A DNA stretch of 51,918 nt, from NCBI GenBank assembly GCA_029571125.1, contig JAKPTH010000325.1, forward strand, positions 1 through 51,918. The letters are read 5' to 3'. Shown one piece after another: positions 26,588 through 37,375 of this stretch (its first letter is position 1; each line of letters begins with the position of its first letter). The DNA comes from a bacterium (GTDB lineage: Bacteria; Muiribacteriota; UBA9980). A program made the translations under genes and the position numbers. The notes under the pieces are model-generated. The model made no database searches. It was not told the origin of the DNA and was given only the letters and a program-made list of their open reading frames with translations.

Positions 26588-29089
26588 ATGAACGACAGAA
26601 TAATACAGGCGCTCAACAGGCTGTTCGAGCGCTCGCGCATAGTCTTCTGGAACGACGCCAGGCGCGAGCTGCGCGCCGAATTCGACGCGGTCGAGATAGC
26701 GGGAGTCAGCAAAGCCGAGATCAAAAACAACGAGTTCGGCCTTAAATACAGGATACTGCGCGAGGAGCCGGCGTCTAAATTCCTGCTGTACCGCGAAGGA
26801 CCTCCGCCCGCCGCCGACAGGGACAACTGGCTGCTCGACCTCGAGCTCGCCGGATGCGAGTTCCGCGCCGACCAGGCGTCGCTGTGGCTCGACGAGATCG
26901 GGCTCGGACAGGCGTTCGCCGGGCTCGTCGAAAGCCACGCTTTCTTCTTCAATTCGGCGAAGAGACGAGACTCGCTTAAAAACTCCGTCAGCCAGGCCGA
27001 CTCGCCGGGCGCAGTCCGGCTTAAAATGCTCGCCGTGTGCGCCGCGTGCGACGCCGACATCGAGGAGATCGCGCTCGCGCTTTTAAACGAATCGGCGCTC
27101 GCGCAGGAAGATAAATTCAACCTGATCAAAAAATCAGCGCTGGACGGGTTCCTGTTCGAAACGCTCGGCAGGATATTCGCCTATTCATCGCCGGAGCCCG
27201 GAATAAAGGACTTCGGCATCGAGCTGTTCAAATCGTGCTACGCAATGGCGTGCGGCCGCAAATACAGCCTTAACGCCGACGCGCTCGTCCTGTTCAAAAG
27301 ATGGAAGGATGACCGCAGATACTCGGAAGCGTTCGAAACGTTCTCGGCGGAATGCGGCGAAATAATCAATATAGCTCAGGAGCTGGCCGGAAAAGACCTC
27401 AGACCGCTGATAGAAGTCGATTACTTCAGGCAGATCGACGAAAAGATCGTCGGCGACCTTATCGGAATAACCGTACAGAGGTCGGCCTCGGCCGCGGATG
27501 TCGCCGGCTGGTGCAGGGCGCGCCGCTGCTGCCGGTGGTATGATAATTACAGGCATCTTTACGAGGCGGTCAGCCACGCCGCTCAGTTCATGAGCGCGCT
27601 CGACTCCGCCGATATAAGCGTCGGCTCGATGGAAAGCGCCGTCACGCGCTACTGCAGCCACTGGTTCAAGATCGACCAGCACTACCGCAAGTTCATACAT
27701 AACGCCAGGCAGTCCGGCGAAATAACCATGCTGGAGCCGCTGCTCGACCTGGTCGAAAACCTTTACACCAATAATTTCCTGCTCAGGCTCAACGACCACT
27801 GGCAGGAGGCTTTCGACGCCGCCGCCGGACGGGCCGCGGGCCAGATCACTCCGCAGCGAAACTTTTTCGATAAATTCATAAAGCCTTTCCTGGACCGCGA
27901 AAATAAAATCTTCGTGATAATATCCGACGCGATGCGATACGAGATCGGCGAGGAACTGGCGTGCCTTATCAATAACGAGGACCGCTACGACGCGTCCGTC
28001 GAGCCCGTGCTCGCCATGACGCCCAGCTGCACACAGCTTTGCATGGGCGCGCTCCTTCCGAACAAAACGCTCGAGATAGCGCCGGACGACACCGGAACGG
28101 TGATGGTGGATTCGCAGAACTCCCAGGGCACGCAGAACCGCTCCAGGATACTGGCCGCAGCGGTGCCGGACGGGGCGGCGGCGGTGCGCGCCGAGGACGT
28201 TCTCAATATGAATAAAACCGCCTGCGCCTCGCTCATACGCGACAACAAAGTGGTCTATATATACCATAACGTCATCGACAGCACCGGCGACAAGCGCGAA
28301 AGCGAAGATAAGGTCTTCGACGCCGCCGAGGACGCGCTTAAAGAACTGGTGCGGCTGGTCAAAAAACTGACCGCGGGCAACGCAAATAATATTATCGTGA
28401 CCGCCGACCACGGCTTTATTTATCAGCACCGGCCGGTCGGCGAGGCGGATTTTACTGAATGCGATCTCTCCGCCGATACGGTCTATTACCGCGACAGGAG
28501 GTTCATAGTCGGCAAAAACCTCACGGAGCGGCCGGGCTTGAAAAAATTCAGCGCGGCGGCGCTAGGGCTGGCCGGCGAAAGCGACATACTGCTTCCCAGG
28601 TCCATAGGCAGGCTGAGGCTCAAGGGCGGCGGCAGCCGGTTCGTCCACGGCGGTGCCTCGCTGCAGGAGATAACCGTGCCGGTGGTCAGGATAAATAAAA
28701 AACGCCAGAGCGACGTCTCGCAGGTCGAAGTGCAGATCATCGGCGGCGCGGACTCGGTTATAACCTCCGGCCAGCTCGCCGTCGTATTCTACCAGAAACA
28801 GCCGGTCAGCGAAAAGGTAAAAGCCAGAAAGTTAATGGCGGGCATATATAACGGGGCGGGCGAGCTCATCTCCAACAGCCGCGAGATCGATTTCGACCTG
28901 GCCCACGAAAACAGCCGCAGCCGAGAAATAACGGTCAATTTCATACTCACGCGCAAGGCCGACGAGGCGAATAACCAGCAGGTGACGCTCAGGCTCGACG
29001 AAAAACATTCGGCCACTTCGCATTACAAGGAATACTGCTCGCGCGCCTACACCGTGCGGCGCGCATTTACAAGCGATTTTGATCTTTAG
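26588..29089 (+). CDS. pglZ: BREX alkaline-phosphatase-superfamily protein PglZ
   Basis: 833 aa. The PglZ-domain core is IFVIISDAMRYEIGEEL ... IIVTADHGFIY ... FVHGGASLQEITVPVV. Confidence 0.9.
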   Translation: MNDRIIQALNRLFERSRIVFWNDARRELRAEFDAVEIAGVSKAEIKNNEFGLKYRILREEPASKFLLYREGPPPAADRDNWLLDLELAGCEFRADQASLWLDEIGLGQAFAGLVESHAFFFNSAKRRDSLKNSVSQADSPGAVRLKMLAVCAACDADIEEIALALLNESALAQEDKFNLIKKSALDGFLFETLGRIFAYSSPEPGIKDFGIELFKSCYAMACGRKYSLNADALVLFKRWKDDRRYSEAFETFSAECGEIINIAQELAGKDLRPLIEVDYFRQIDEKIVGDLIGITVQRSASAADVAGWCRARRCCRWYDNYRHLYEAVSHAAQFMSALDSADISVGSMESAVTRYCSHWFKIDQHYRKFIHNARQSGEITMLEPLLDLVENLYTNNFLLRLNDHWQEAFDAAAGRAAGQITPQRNFFDKFIKPFLDRENKIFVIISDAMRYEIGEELACLINNEDRYDASVEPVLAMTPSCTQLCMGALLPNKTLEIAPDDTGTVMVDSQNSQGTQNRSRILAAAVPDGAAAVRAEDVLNMNKTACASLIRDNKVVYIYHNVIDSTGDKRESEDKVFDAAEDALKELVRLVKKLTAGNANNIIVTADHGFIYQHRPVGEADFTECDLSADTVYYRDRRFIVGKNLTERPGLKKFSAAALGLAGESDILLPRSIGRLRLKGGGSRFVHGGASLQEITVPVVRINKKRQSDVSQVEVQIIGGADSVITSGQLAVVFYQKQPVSEKVKARKLMAGIYNGAGELISNSREIDFDLAHENSRSREITVNFILTRKADEANNQQVTLRLDEKHSATSHYKEYCSRAYTVRRAFTSDFDL

Positions 29090-29109
29090 AACAAGGAAGG
29101 TCGGAAGTT

Positions 29110-31185
29110 ATGAACGCGCTCGATACCAAGATAAATCAACATTTCCAGGGGCTAGTGGTCCGCAAGGACCTGGTCAAGCAGGTCAAGGGCAACGCCATAG
29201 TGCCCTCATACGTGCTCGAGTACCTGCTCGGCCAGTACTGCGCGACCAGCGACGAGGCCAGCATCCAGTCAGGGATCCAGACCGTCAAGGAGATCCTCAA
29301 GAACCATTACGTGCACCGTAATGAAAGCGGCCTGGTGCGCTCGCTTATCAAGGAAAAAGGCCGCTACAAGGTCATCGACAAGATCAGCGTCTCGCTCAAC
29401 GACAAGACCGACGCCTACGAAGCAGACTTCGCCAATCTCGGCATAAGCAAGGTGCTGGTGGATTCCGCCACCGTCAAGGCGCACCCGCGCCTCCTGGTCA
29501 GCGGCGTATGGTGCATATCCGACATCGAATACGACTTCAGGGAGGACAAGAACATATGCCCCTGGGTCCTTTCGACGATCAAGCCGATACAGCTTTCGCA
29601 GTTCGACATGAACGCGTATATCGACGCGCGAGCTAAATTCACCACCGACGAGTGGATAGATATTTTGATCCAGAGCATAGGGTTCAATCCGGAACTGTTC
29701 GGCAGGAGAAGCAAATTAAGCCAGCTGGTGCGGCTGATCCCATACTGCGAGAGAAATTACAACCTGATGGAGCTCGGGCCGAAGGGCACCGGCAAATCCC
29801 ACATTTATTCTGAATTTTCGCCGCACGGCATACTCATTTCAGGCGGCGAGGTCACCGTGCCGAAATTATTCGTCAACAACAGCACCGGCCGAATCGGCCT
29901 GGTTGGCTACTGGGACGCCGTGGCTTTCGACGAGTTCGCCGGAAAGCAGAAAAAGGTCGACAAGGCGCTTGTCGATATCATGAAAAACTACATGGCGAAT
30001 AAATCTTTCTCGCGCGGCGTCGAAATGCTCGGCGCCGAGGCGTCGATGGTCTTCGTGGGCAACACGCAGCATACGGTCCCTTATATGCTCAAACACTCCG
30101 ACCTGTTCGACGACCTTCCTGAAAAATATCATGATTCGGCATTTTTAGACCGCGTCCATTTTTACATACCCGGCTGGGAGGTCGATATCATACGCGGCGA
30201 AATGTTCTCCGACGGCTACGGCTTCGTCGTCGACTACCTCGCCGAAGTGCTGCGCTCGCTCAGAAATCACGATTTTTCCGACCGGTATCAAAAGCACTTC
30301 TCGCTTTCGGCCGACATCTCGACGCGCGACCGCGACGGCATCAATAAAACCTTCTCCGGCATGATGAAGTTATTATTCCCCAACGGCGAGGCGGCGCCGG
30401 CGGAGATCGAAGAAATACTCAGATTCTCCATCGAAGGCCGCAAACGCGTCAAGGACCAGCTGATGAGGATCGATTCCACTTACGCGGCGGTCCGGTTCGC
30501 TTATCTGAACAACGCGACCGGTGACGAAAAACCAGTCAAAACGCTCGAGGAGGAAGAGTATCCGAATTTTTACCACATGAAGGCGCACTCGGGCAACGAA
30601 AGGGAGAAATTCGAAAAAGCCGGCGGCGGCGATCACGCCGACGAAGCGGCCGCGCAATCCGCGGGCAGATACGAACCGAAACAGCTGGCCGAAAAACATA
30701 TCGTTTTCAACGAAAACCAGCGAGGCCTTTCATTCGACGAACTTTTGTGGCCTTATATTAAGGGCGCGAAGAAAATAACCATAACGGACGCCTATCTGCG
30801 CGCGTTTTACCAGATCAAGAACCTTATGGAATTGATGGAGACCATAGCCAGAAACAAGCCCGAAGATGAGGAAATGGCCGTGCACGTCATAACTTCGCCG
30901 AGCGATTTCAGCGACTCTCAGCAGATCGAATTTTTCGAGAAAATAATGAATTCATGCTCAGGCGTCGGAATAGATTTCACATACGAGCTCGACGACAACA
31001 AGGCCATACACGCCCGGCACATAATAACCGACCACGGCTGGAAGATACTTCTCGACCGCGGCCTCGACGTCTTTCAATACTATGACGCCAAAGACGCCTT
31101 CATTTTCATGAACCGCCTGCAGAAAATGCGTCCCTGCAAAGCGTTCGAGGTTACTTTCATCAAGGTTAAAAACGACCAGAAGTAA
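29110..31185 (+). CDS. brxL: BREX AAA+ protein BrxL (Lon-like ATPase family) with an atypical C-terminal domain
   Basis: The conserved BrxL N-terminus is NAIVPSYVLEYLLGQYC. Walker A is ELGPKGTGKSHIY and Walker B is VAFDEFAG. The last ~165 aa (from 30691) resemble an MITD1-type MIT_C/PLD-fold domain (AIHARHIITDHGWKILLDRGLDVFQ) rather than Lon S16. Confidence 0.85.
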   Translation: MNALDTKINQHFQGLVVRKDLVKQVKGNAIVPSYVLEYLLGQYCATSDEASIQSGIQTVKEILKNHYVHRNESGLVRSLIKEKGRYKVIDKISVSLNDKTDAYEADFANLGISKVLVDSATVKAHPRLLVSGVWCISDIEYDFREDKNICPWVLSTIKPIQLSQFDMNAYIDARAKFTTDEWIDILIQSIGFNPELFGRRSKLSQLVRLIPYCERNYNLMELGPKGTGKSHIYSEFSPHGILISGGEVTVPKLFVNNSTGRIGLVGYWDAVAFDEFAGKQKKVDKALVDIMKNYMANKSFSRGVEMLGAEASMVFVGNTQHTVPYMLKHSDLFDDLPEKYHDSAFLDRVHFYIPGWEVDIIRGEMFSDGYGFVVDYLAEVLRSLRNHDFSDRYQKHFSLSADISTRDRDGINKTFSGMMKLLFPNGEAAPAEIEEILRFSIEGRKRVKDQLMRIDSTYAAVRFAYLNNATGDEKPVKTLEEEEYPNFYHMKAHSGNEREKFEKAGGGDHADEAAAQSAGRYEPKQLAEKHIVFNENQRGLSFDELLWPYIKGAKKITITDAYLRAFYQIKNLMELMETIARNKPEDEEMAVHVITSPSDFSDSQQIEFFEKIMNSCSGVGIDFTYELDDNKAIHARHIITDHGWKILLDRGLDVFQYYDAKDAFIFMNRLQKMRPCKAFEVTFIKVKNDQK

Positions 31186-31275
31186 AAAGTCATTAATAAA
31201 GTTCACTATAAAACGAGAAAACCTTTGTAATATTAGTAATTCGATTAAGTAATACATTTTAACCTGATTTATTAT

Positions 31276-31758
31276 ATGCCGGACCGTAAAAAAACAACCG
31301 AATATATTCTTCGACTTGCTCGCGGCGTTTTCATTACGATTGCGGTCCTGTGGTGCTGCGGAGCAACGGCTTCGCTTTTCGCTCGGTTTCATTTAGTTTT
31401 TGAACTGAGCTGCCAATTCTATATTCAATATTTTGCATTTACTTCGGTCGCGGCGCTTATTTTCGCTTTCGGGCGTGAATGGAAAAAAAACTCTGCAATG
31501 GCTGTTTTTGCATTTTATTGCGGCGCGGCGCTCGCGCCTTTTATGCCTTATAAAGCGCCGGTAACCGCCGCGGCCTGCCTTAAAAATTCCGCGGAAGGTT
31601 TTGGGCTCTTTCCGAGCTGGCCTTCGCACATGCCGCCGCTGCGGATTCCGATCGACCATTGCCTTTACTCAGCAGGCGTCACTATCCTGAAAGTTTTCAA
31701 GGGCCGGTTCATCGGGTCGGACCATTTTCCGATAATTGTCGATTTTATGGTTGAATGA
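31276..31758 (+). pseudogene. Endonuclease/exonuclease/phosphatase (EEP) family membrane protein with the catalytic core deleted
   Basis: About 100 aa of TM helices are joined directly to the last ~45 aa of an EEP domain (PLRIPIDHCLYSAGVTILKVFKGRFIGSDHFPIIVDF). The ~200-aa middle of the domain is absent. Confidence 0.5.
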
Positions 31759-31809
31759 AAATTACAACGCTTCAAAGATAATTTAATCAAATATCAGAAA
31801 GGCGAAATC

Positions 31810-33345
<1,536 letters not shown>

Positions 33346-33399
33346 GACGGGCTGGCAGCAGGCCTCATAATAACAACAGACGGATTTCTCTGAATACAT

Positions 33400-33433
33400 A
33401 AAAATATTTGAGTCATATAAATATTTTTGTATA
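33400..33433 (+). promoter_or_regulatory. Putative enhancer (UAS): two-box unit, first box degenerate
   Basis: AAAAATATTTGAGTCATATAAATATTTTTGTATA with TTTGAGTC at 33407-33414 and TTTGTATA at 33426-33433, the same 19-bp phasing as the other two loci. Confidence 0.5.
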
Positions 33434-33537
33434 TAACAACCGGCTTTTTTAAGTTTTTTTAATATAAACTCAATATAATCTAAAATATTATCCCGCCCGG
33501 GCGAACAAATCGCCCGCTGCGCGGCCTCTAACAAAAA

Positions 33538-33553
33538 CGGCATGCAAATTGCA
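33538..33553 (+). promoter_or_regulatory. Sigma-54 (-24/-12) promoter
   Basis: CGGCATGCAAATTGCA has GGCATG-N4-TTGCA with correct spacing. It lies 106 bp downstream of the UAS and about 250 nt upstream of ATG 33807. Confidence 0.55.
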
Positions 33554-33806
33554 TTTGAGTTAGCGGCCGCGTTTGTTATTTTCATCTATTAAAAATAATA
33601 AGTTTTTAATGCTTCGCATAGTATAACAAAGCCGTTTAAAAACTAATTGTTCACTCGACACTTCGTTTAACGGCGCCGTAAACGGTCAAAACATTTAATT
33701 TCGGAAATTTTTGATTCAAGCGCATACGCGGAGTTGTTCACTGTTTTTTCTCGCCGGCTTGAGTTAAAATTAAATCAGAGCAGATAATAAGGAAGTTGTG
33801 ATTTTT

Positions 33807-34745
33807 ATGAAATTTTCTAAAAAATTCAAAATCCAAAATTATTCAATCGACGCTTCGCTCGACGGCACCGCGCTTTCGATCAGCAGCGGAGCGCGGGCGT
33901 TAACGGCATTGAAAAGATCGCTAATCAACATTATCGAACTGATCGAAAACATAATGCGAAGCGCGGCAGACCGGGACATGAGGCTGGAAGTCAAATTCCG
34001 TGTTTTAAAAGACGCGTTCGGGATGTATTTTTCGGATACCGGTATCATAAAGATCGACTCGGCTCTGGTAGGGGCTCCCGGCGAAATGGAAAAGATCATA
34101 TTTCACGAAGCCGTTCATTATATATTCGAAACTTATTATAAAGATAGCTGGTTTTATGAGTTATTCCAGGAGGCCGCGTCCGTATATTTCCAGAATCACT
34201 ATTACAGCGACGATTATATCTTTCATAAACTCGTCGCGGACAGATTCGGTCCCAATCAATTCGCGGCGGCTTACTACATCCTCAATAAATTAAACGAAAC
34301 GCGTGACTACGCTCTCAGCTTAATTTTCCGGGACAACCCGGACGCAAAAACAGTCAGGCGCCAGCGAAAGATCGTCAACGCGCTTATCGACGACGAGTAC
34401 TCAATGACGAAAGCGCTTTACGACCGTCTGATCAAAAGCATCGACATAGTGCTGATAGACGACCGGCCCAGAAAGGGCGGCGGCGGCTACGGAGTCATTT
34501 ACAGAAAAAAGCAGATGTATTCGCCGTTCATAGCGTACCTGCCGCCGCGCAGCCTCAACAATCTCGATTACAAAGATATTTATGTGCATGTAGCAAAAAT
34601 ACCAGAACGCTTCTCGAATAAATTCATACTGCGCGAGCCGGACGACGACTACCTCGAAACACTCGCTACTATATACGCTCAAGCATCGGTGAGCATACCG
34701 GAGATCAAGGAAAAAGTATTTAACTCGAGCCTGTTGTATAGCTGA
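33807..34745 (+). CDS. Hypothetical cytoplasmic protein with an HExxH zinc-metallopeptidase-like motif
   Basis: ATG 33807 is preferred over GTG 33798 (RBS AAGGAAG is 11 nt upstream of the ATG and only 2 nt from the GTG). There is no signal peptide. The motif is EKIIFHEAVHYIFE. I recognise no other family signature. Confidence 0.6.
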   Translation: MKFSKKFKIQNYSIDASLDGTALSISSGARALTALKRSLINIIELIENIMRSAADRDMRLEVKFRVLKDAFGMYFSDTGIIKIDSALVGAPGEMEKIIFHEAVHYIFETYYKDSWFYELFQEAASVYFQNHYYSDDYIFHKLVADRFGPNQFAAAYYILNKLNETRDYALSLIFRDNPDAKTVRRQRKIVNALIDDEYSMTKALYDRLIKSIDIVLIDDRPRKGGGGYGVIYRKKQMYSPFIAYLPPRSLNNLDYKDIYVHVAKIPERFSNKFILREPDDDYLETLATIYAQASVSIPEIKEKVFNSSLLYS

Positions 34746-35027
34746 GCCGCACGGTCTATTTTTTGGGTTTGAATTCAATTTCTATCATAACATATCGGGC
34801 GCTGAAAATCAAAGGAGAAAACAGGCGATAAAATGAACCTAAAATGATGTCCTATCGCTATTTTAATTAAAATAATGAGCCTGACATGAAAAATATAAAA
34901 TCACCTATAACGCTGGCGCAAAACAGAAAAACGGCTGCAATTTTACATTCAACGCGCTTTCTGACAGTTAAACCGGGCACGGTCGCATTTATTTTGTTGC
35001 CAGTCTTAGCTCTGCAGGCGGCGTTTT

Positions 35028-35271
35028 TCATCGGCACGCCGCGCTCACAAAAAACTACCGCGACATAAAGGGCGTTCAGCTATTCGACCATTGCAGTGAG
35101 ATAGAAGGCTTAACCGGCATAGTGAGGGCGGCCATGGTATATTTTTCTAAATTTTCCGACCTGAAAAGTTTTATGCAGATGGATCTCTTGAAATCCGCCG
35201 TGGTACGAACCCGCCGCCGAAAAGCTTATATATACCGATAATACCATAAGATTCGGCTAAAAGGAAGAAGT
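35028..35271 (+). pseudogene. Decayed duplicate of the 3' end of the PNPOx-like gene (right repeat copy)
   Basis: It aligns to 8203-8460. Relative to the intact copy it lacks 9 nt (one AACTACCGC unit) and 11 nt (ACGTCAAATGG), which breaks the frame, and it carries a TAC->TAA change (GGCTACAAGG -> GGCTAAAAGG). Confidence 0.85.
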
Positions 35272-35310
35272 CCGCCAATAGGCCCGCGCAGGCCAAAACC
35301 ATTGAAAAAA

Positions 35311-35772
35311 TCAATTAAGACGCCAGTATTCAAAATTCAAAACGAATGCGAAACTGACCCATAACAAATAAGGAATCAATAATATTCCGGCGGCGCGGGA
35401 TATTTTATAAAATTCCACTATATTGAAAATTATTAAAAGCCATAGCGCGAATATGACCGCAAGGCCCGCGAGCGGCGATCTAAGCCCGAAAAAAGCCGCC
35501 GACCATAATATATTAAAAATAAGCTGGAAGGCGAAAACCGTCAGGGCTTTTTTATTTGCCGCCATTGCGTTATCGGGCTTTATAATGAGATAAAGCGATA
35601 TTCCCATCATAACGAAAATAGTTATCCAGACAGGCGCGAAAAGCCAATTAGGCGGCGCGAACGGCGGCTTTACAAGAGTGCGGTACCATGTCGAAACGGA
35701 AGTTCGCGTAAAGAAAGACCCTAATATACCCGCAGCCTGGCATATAGCTATTGAAATAAATAATTTGGCCAT
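35311..35772 (-). CDS. tspO: TspO/MBR family tryptophan-rich sensory protein
   Basis: 153 aa with five TM helices. WYRTLVKPPFAPPNWLFAPVWITIF and LIFNILWSAAFFG are canonical TspO motifs. Confidence 0.9.
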   Translation of the reverse strand: MAKLFISIAICQAAGILGSFFTRTSVSTWYRTLVKPPFAPPNWLFAPVWITIFVMMGISLYLIIKPDNAMAANKKALTVFAFQLIFNILWSAAFFGLRSPLAGLAVIFALWLLIIFNIVEFYKISRAAGILLIPYLLWVSFAFVLNFEYWRLN

Positions 35773-35913
35773 TTAAAAATACTACCGCCTTTTTATATAA
35801 AGTTTTATAATTTTGCATTTTTGCCTGCCGTTTGTTTTTCAAATTATAAATCAATTCGAACCTAAAGTCAATTTTTTGCCGAGCCGCATTGAAACTTAAG
35901 CCGGATTACAAAA

Positions 35914-35942
35914 TTGACAAAATCCTTTATTTATGATATATT
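35914..35942 (+). promoter_or_regulatory. Near-consensus sigma-70 promoter of the esterase gene
   Basis: TTGACA (35914-35919), 17 nt, TATATT (35937-35942), with TG at -15/-14. Confidence 0.55.
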
Positions 35943-36010
35943 CCATTAAAATTCACGGTAAGGCCATGCTTTTTAGCAACTACGGATAATTTTTAAAACA
36001 AGGATCGATC

Positions 36011-37276
36011 ATGAAAAATATTTCAATCATAAAAATAATAGCAGCCGCGGTAATTTCATTTCTTTTTCTTTCCCCTTTTGCCGCTTTCGGGCAATCATCG
36101 AATGCCGGAAGCTTAATTACGAACGATTCGCGCGCCGCGGACAACTTCATAATCACCGTTAAAATTCCTCAATCCACGCCGGCCGGAGATAAGATCTACA
36201 TATCCGGCGGCCACGAAAAAATGGGCAATTGGAAAGGCGCCGGGGCCGAACTCGTTAAAATTTCCGAATTTACTTACCGCTTCGGCGCGCGCCTTGAAAA
36301 AGACTGTGAGATCGAATTCAAGTTCACGCGCGGCGATTTTTCTAAAGTTGAAAAAGACTTTAAAGGCCATGAAATACCTAACAGAAAGTTATTTTTCAAC
36401 TTCGAAGCCGGCGAAAATAAGATAGACTGCGCGGTAGAGGCCTGGGCCGATATCGGCGGCGCGAGCGGAAACGCTTCACCCGGCACGCCCCAAATAACAG
36501 GCGATTTCGATTTCATCAAAAATTTCAAGTCAAAAATACTCGGCAACGAGCGCGACATTATCGTGCTGCTGCCGCCATCTTATAAATATGAAACCGGGCG
36601 TAAAAAAAGTTTAAAACGCTATCCTGTGCTCTATATGCACGACGGCAACAACCTGTTCGACCCCAACACTTCTTTTCAGGGCGTGGATTGGAGCGTGGAC
36701 GAAGCTTGCGACAAATTATACAAAGAATCCTCAATAAACGAAATGATAGTGGTCGCCGTCTACAACACTTCCGAACGCATGAGCGAGTACACGCCGTTCA
36801 AAGACCCCGTGCACGGCGGCGGCGACGGCGATAAATACCTTGGATTTCTTATAGAAGAGCTCATGCCGCATATCAATTTAAAGTACCGCACGCTAACCGA
36901 CGCTAAAAACACCGCCATCGGCGGATCGTCTCTCGGCGGACTTATTTCGCTCTACGCCTGCGCTAAGCGAAGCGATAAATTCTCCAGGACCATCGTAATG
37001 TCGCCTTCCATATGGTGGGCCGGCGGTAAAATAATAGATTTTGTGGCAAGCGCCAGACTCGATGACTCCAAAACTAAAATATGGCTGGATATGGGCCGTG
37101 CCGAAGGCGAAGAAGGGCTTTCATACGCCCGGCGGTTCAACTCAGAGTTCAACAAAAAATATCCCGGTTTTAAAAGTTACTGCTACAAAGAATTTCCGGA
37201 CGCCCCGCATAACGAAACCGCCTGGCGCGCTCGCATCACGCTTCCGCTGAAGTACATGTTCGCTAAAATTAAATAA
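36011..37276 (+). CDS. Secreted alpha/beta-hydrolase esterase (esterase D/enterochelin-esterase-like) with an N-terminal CBM20-like domain
   Basis: Signal peptide. The CBM-like segment is FIITVKIPQSTPAGDKIYISGGHEKMGNWKG...EFKFTRG. The esterase core is YPVLYMHDGNNLFD and the nucleophile elbow is GGSSLGGLISLY. Confidence 0.75.
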   Translation: MKNISIIKIIAAAVISFLFLSPFAAFGQSSNAGSLITNDSRAADNFIITVKIPQSTPAGDKIYISGGHEKMGNWKGAGAELVKISEFTYRFGARLEKDCEIEFKFTRGDFSKVEKDFKGHEIPNRKLFFNFEAGENKIDCAVEAWADIGGASGNASPGTPQITGDFDFIKNFKSKILGNERDIIVLLPPSYKYETGRKKSLKRYPVLYMHDGNNLFDPNTSFQGVDWSVDEACDKLYKESSINEMIVVAVYNTSERMSEYTPFKDPVHGGGDGDKYLGFLIEELMPHINLKYRTLTDAKNTAIGGSSLGGLISLYACAKRSDKFSRTIVMSPSIWWAGGKIIDFVASARLDDSKTKIWLDMGRAEGEEGLSYARRFNSEFNKKYPGFKSYCYKEFPDAPHNETAWRARITLPLKYMFAKIK

Positions 37277-37375
37277 AAATTATATTGAATTTTTTTATTA
37301 AATCAATTATAATACGCTTATGATTTACTTAACAGCAGCTTCGCTATTTATTTCCTGGACGAGGTTTTAATAGCA

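Noticed and set aside
27185-28429. 414-aa minus-strand ORF inside pglZ (the same applies to 26533..27129, 25227..26024, 6531..7112, 31783..32241 and 39961..40536)
   Set aside because: All are antisense shadows of well-supported plus-strand genes. They have low-complexity Arg/Gly/Val-rich translations and no independent start context.
34886-35068. 60-aa ORF at the island's right edge
   Set aside because: It has no RBS and runs out of non-coding DNA into the decayed repeat copy in the wrong frame. It is most likely spurious.
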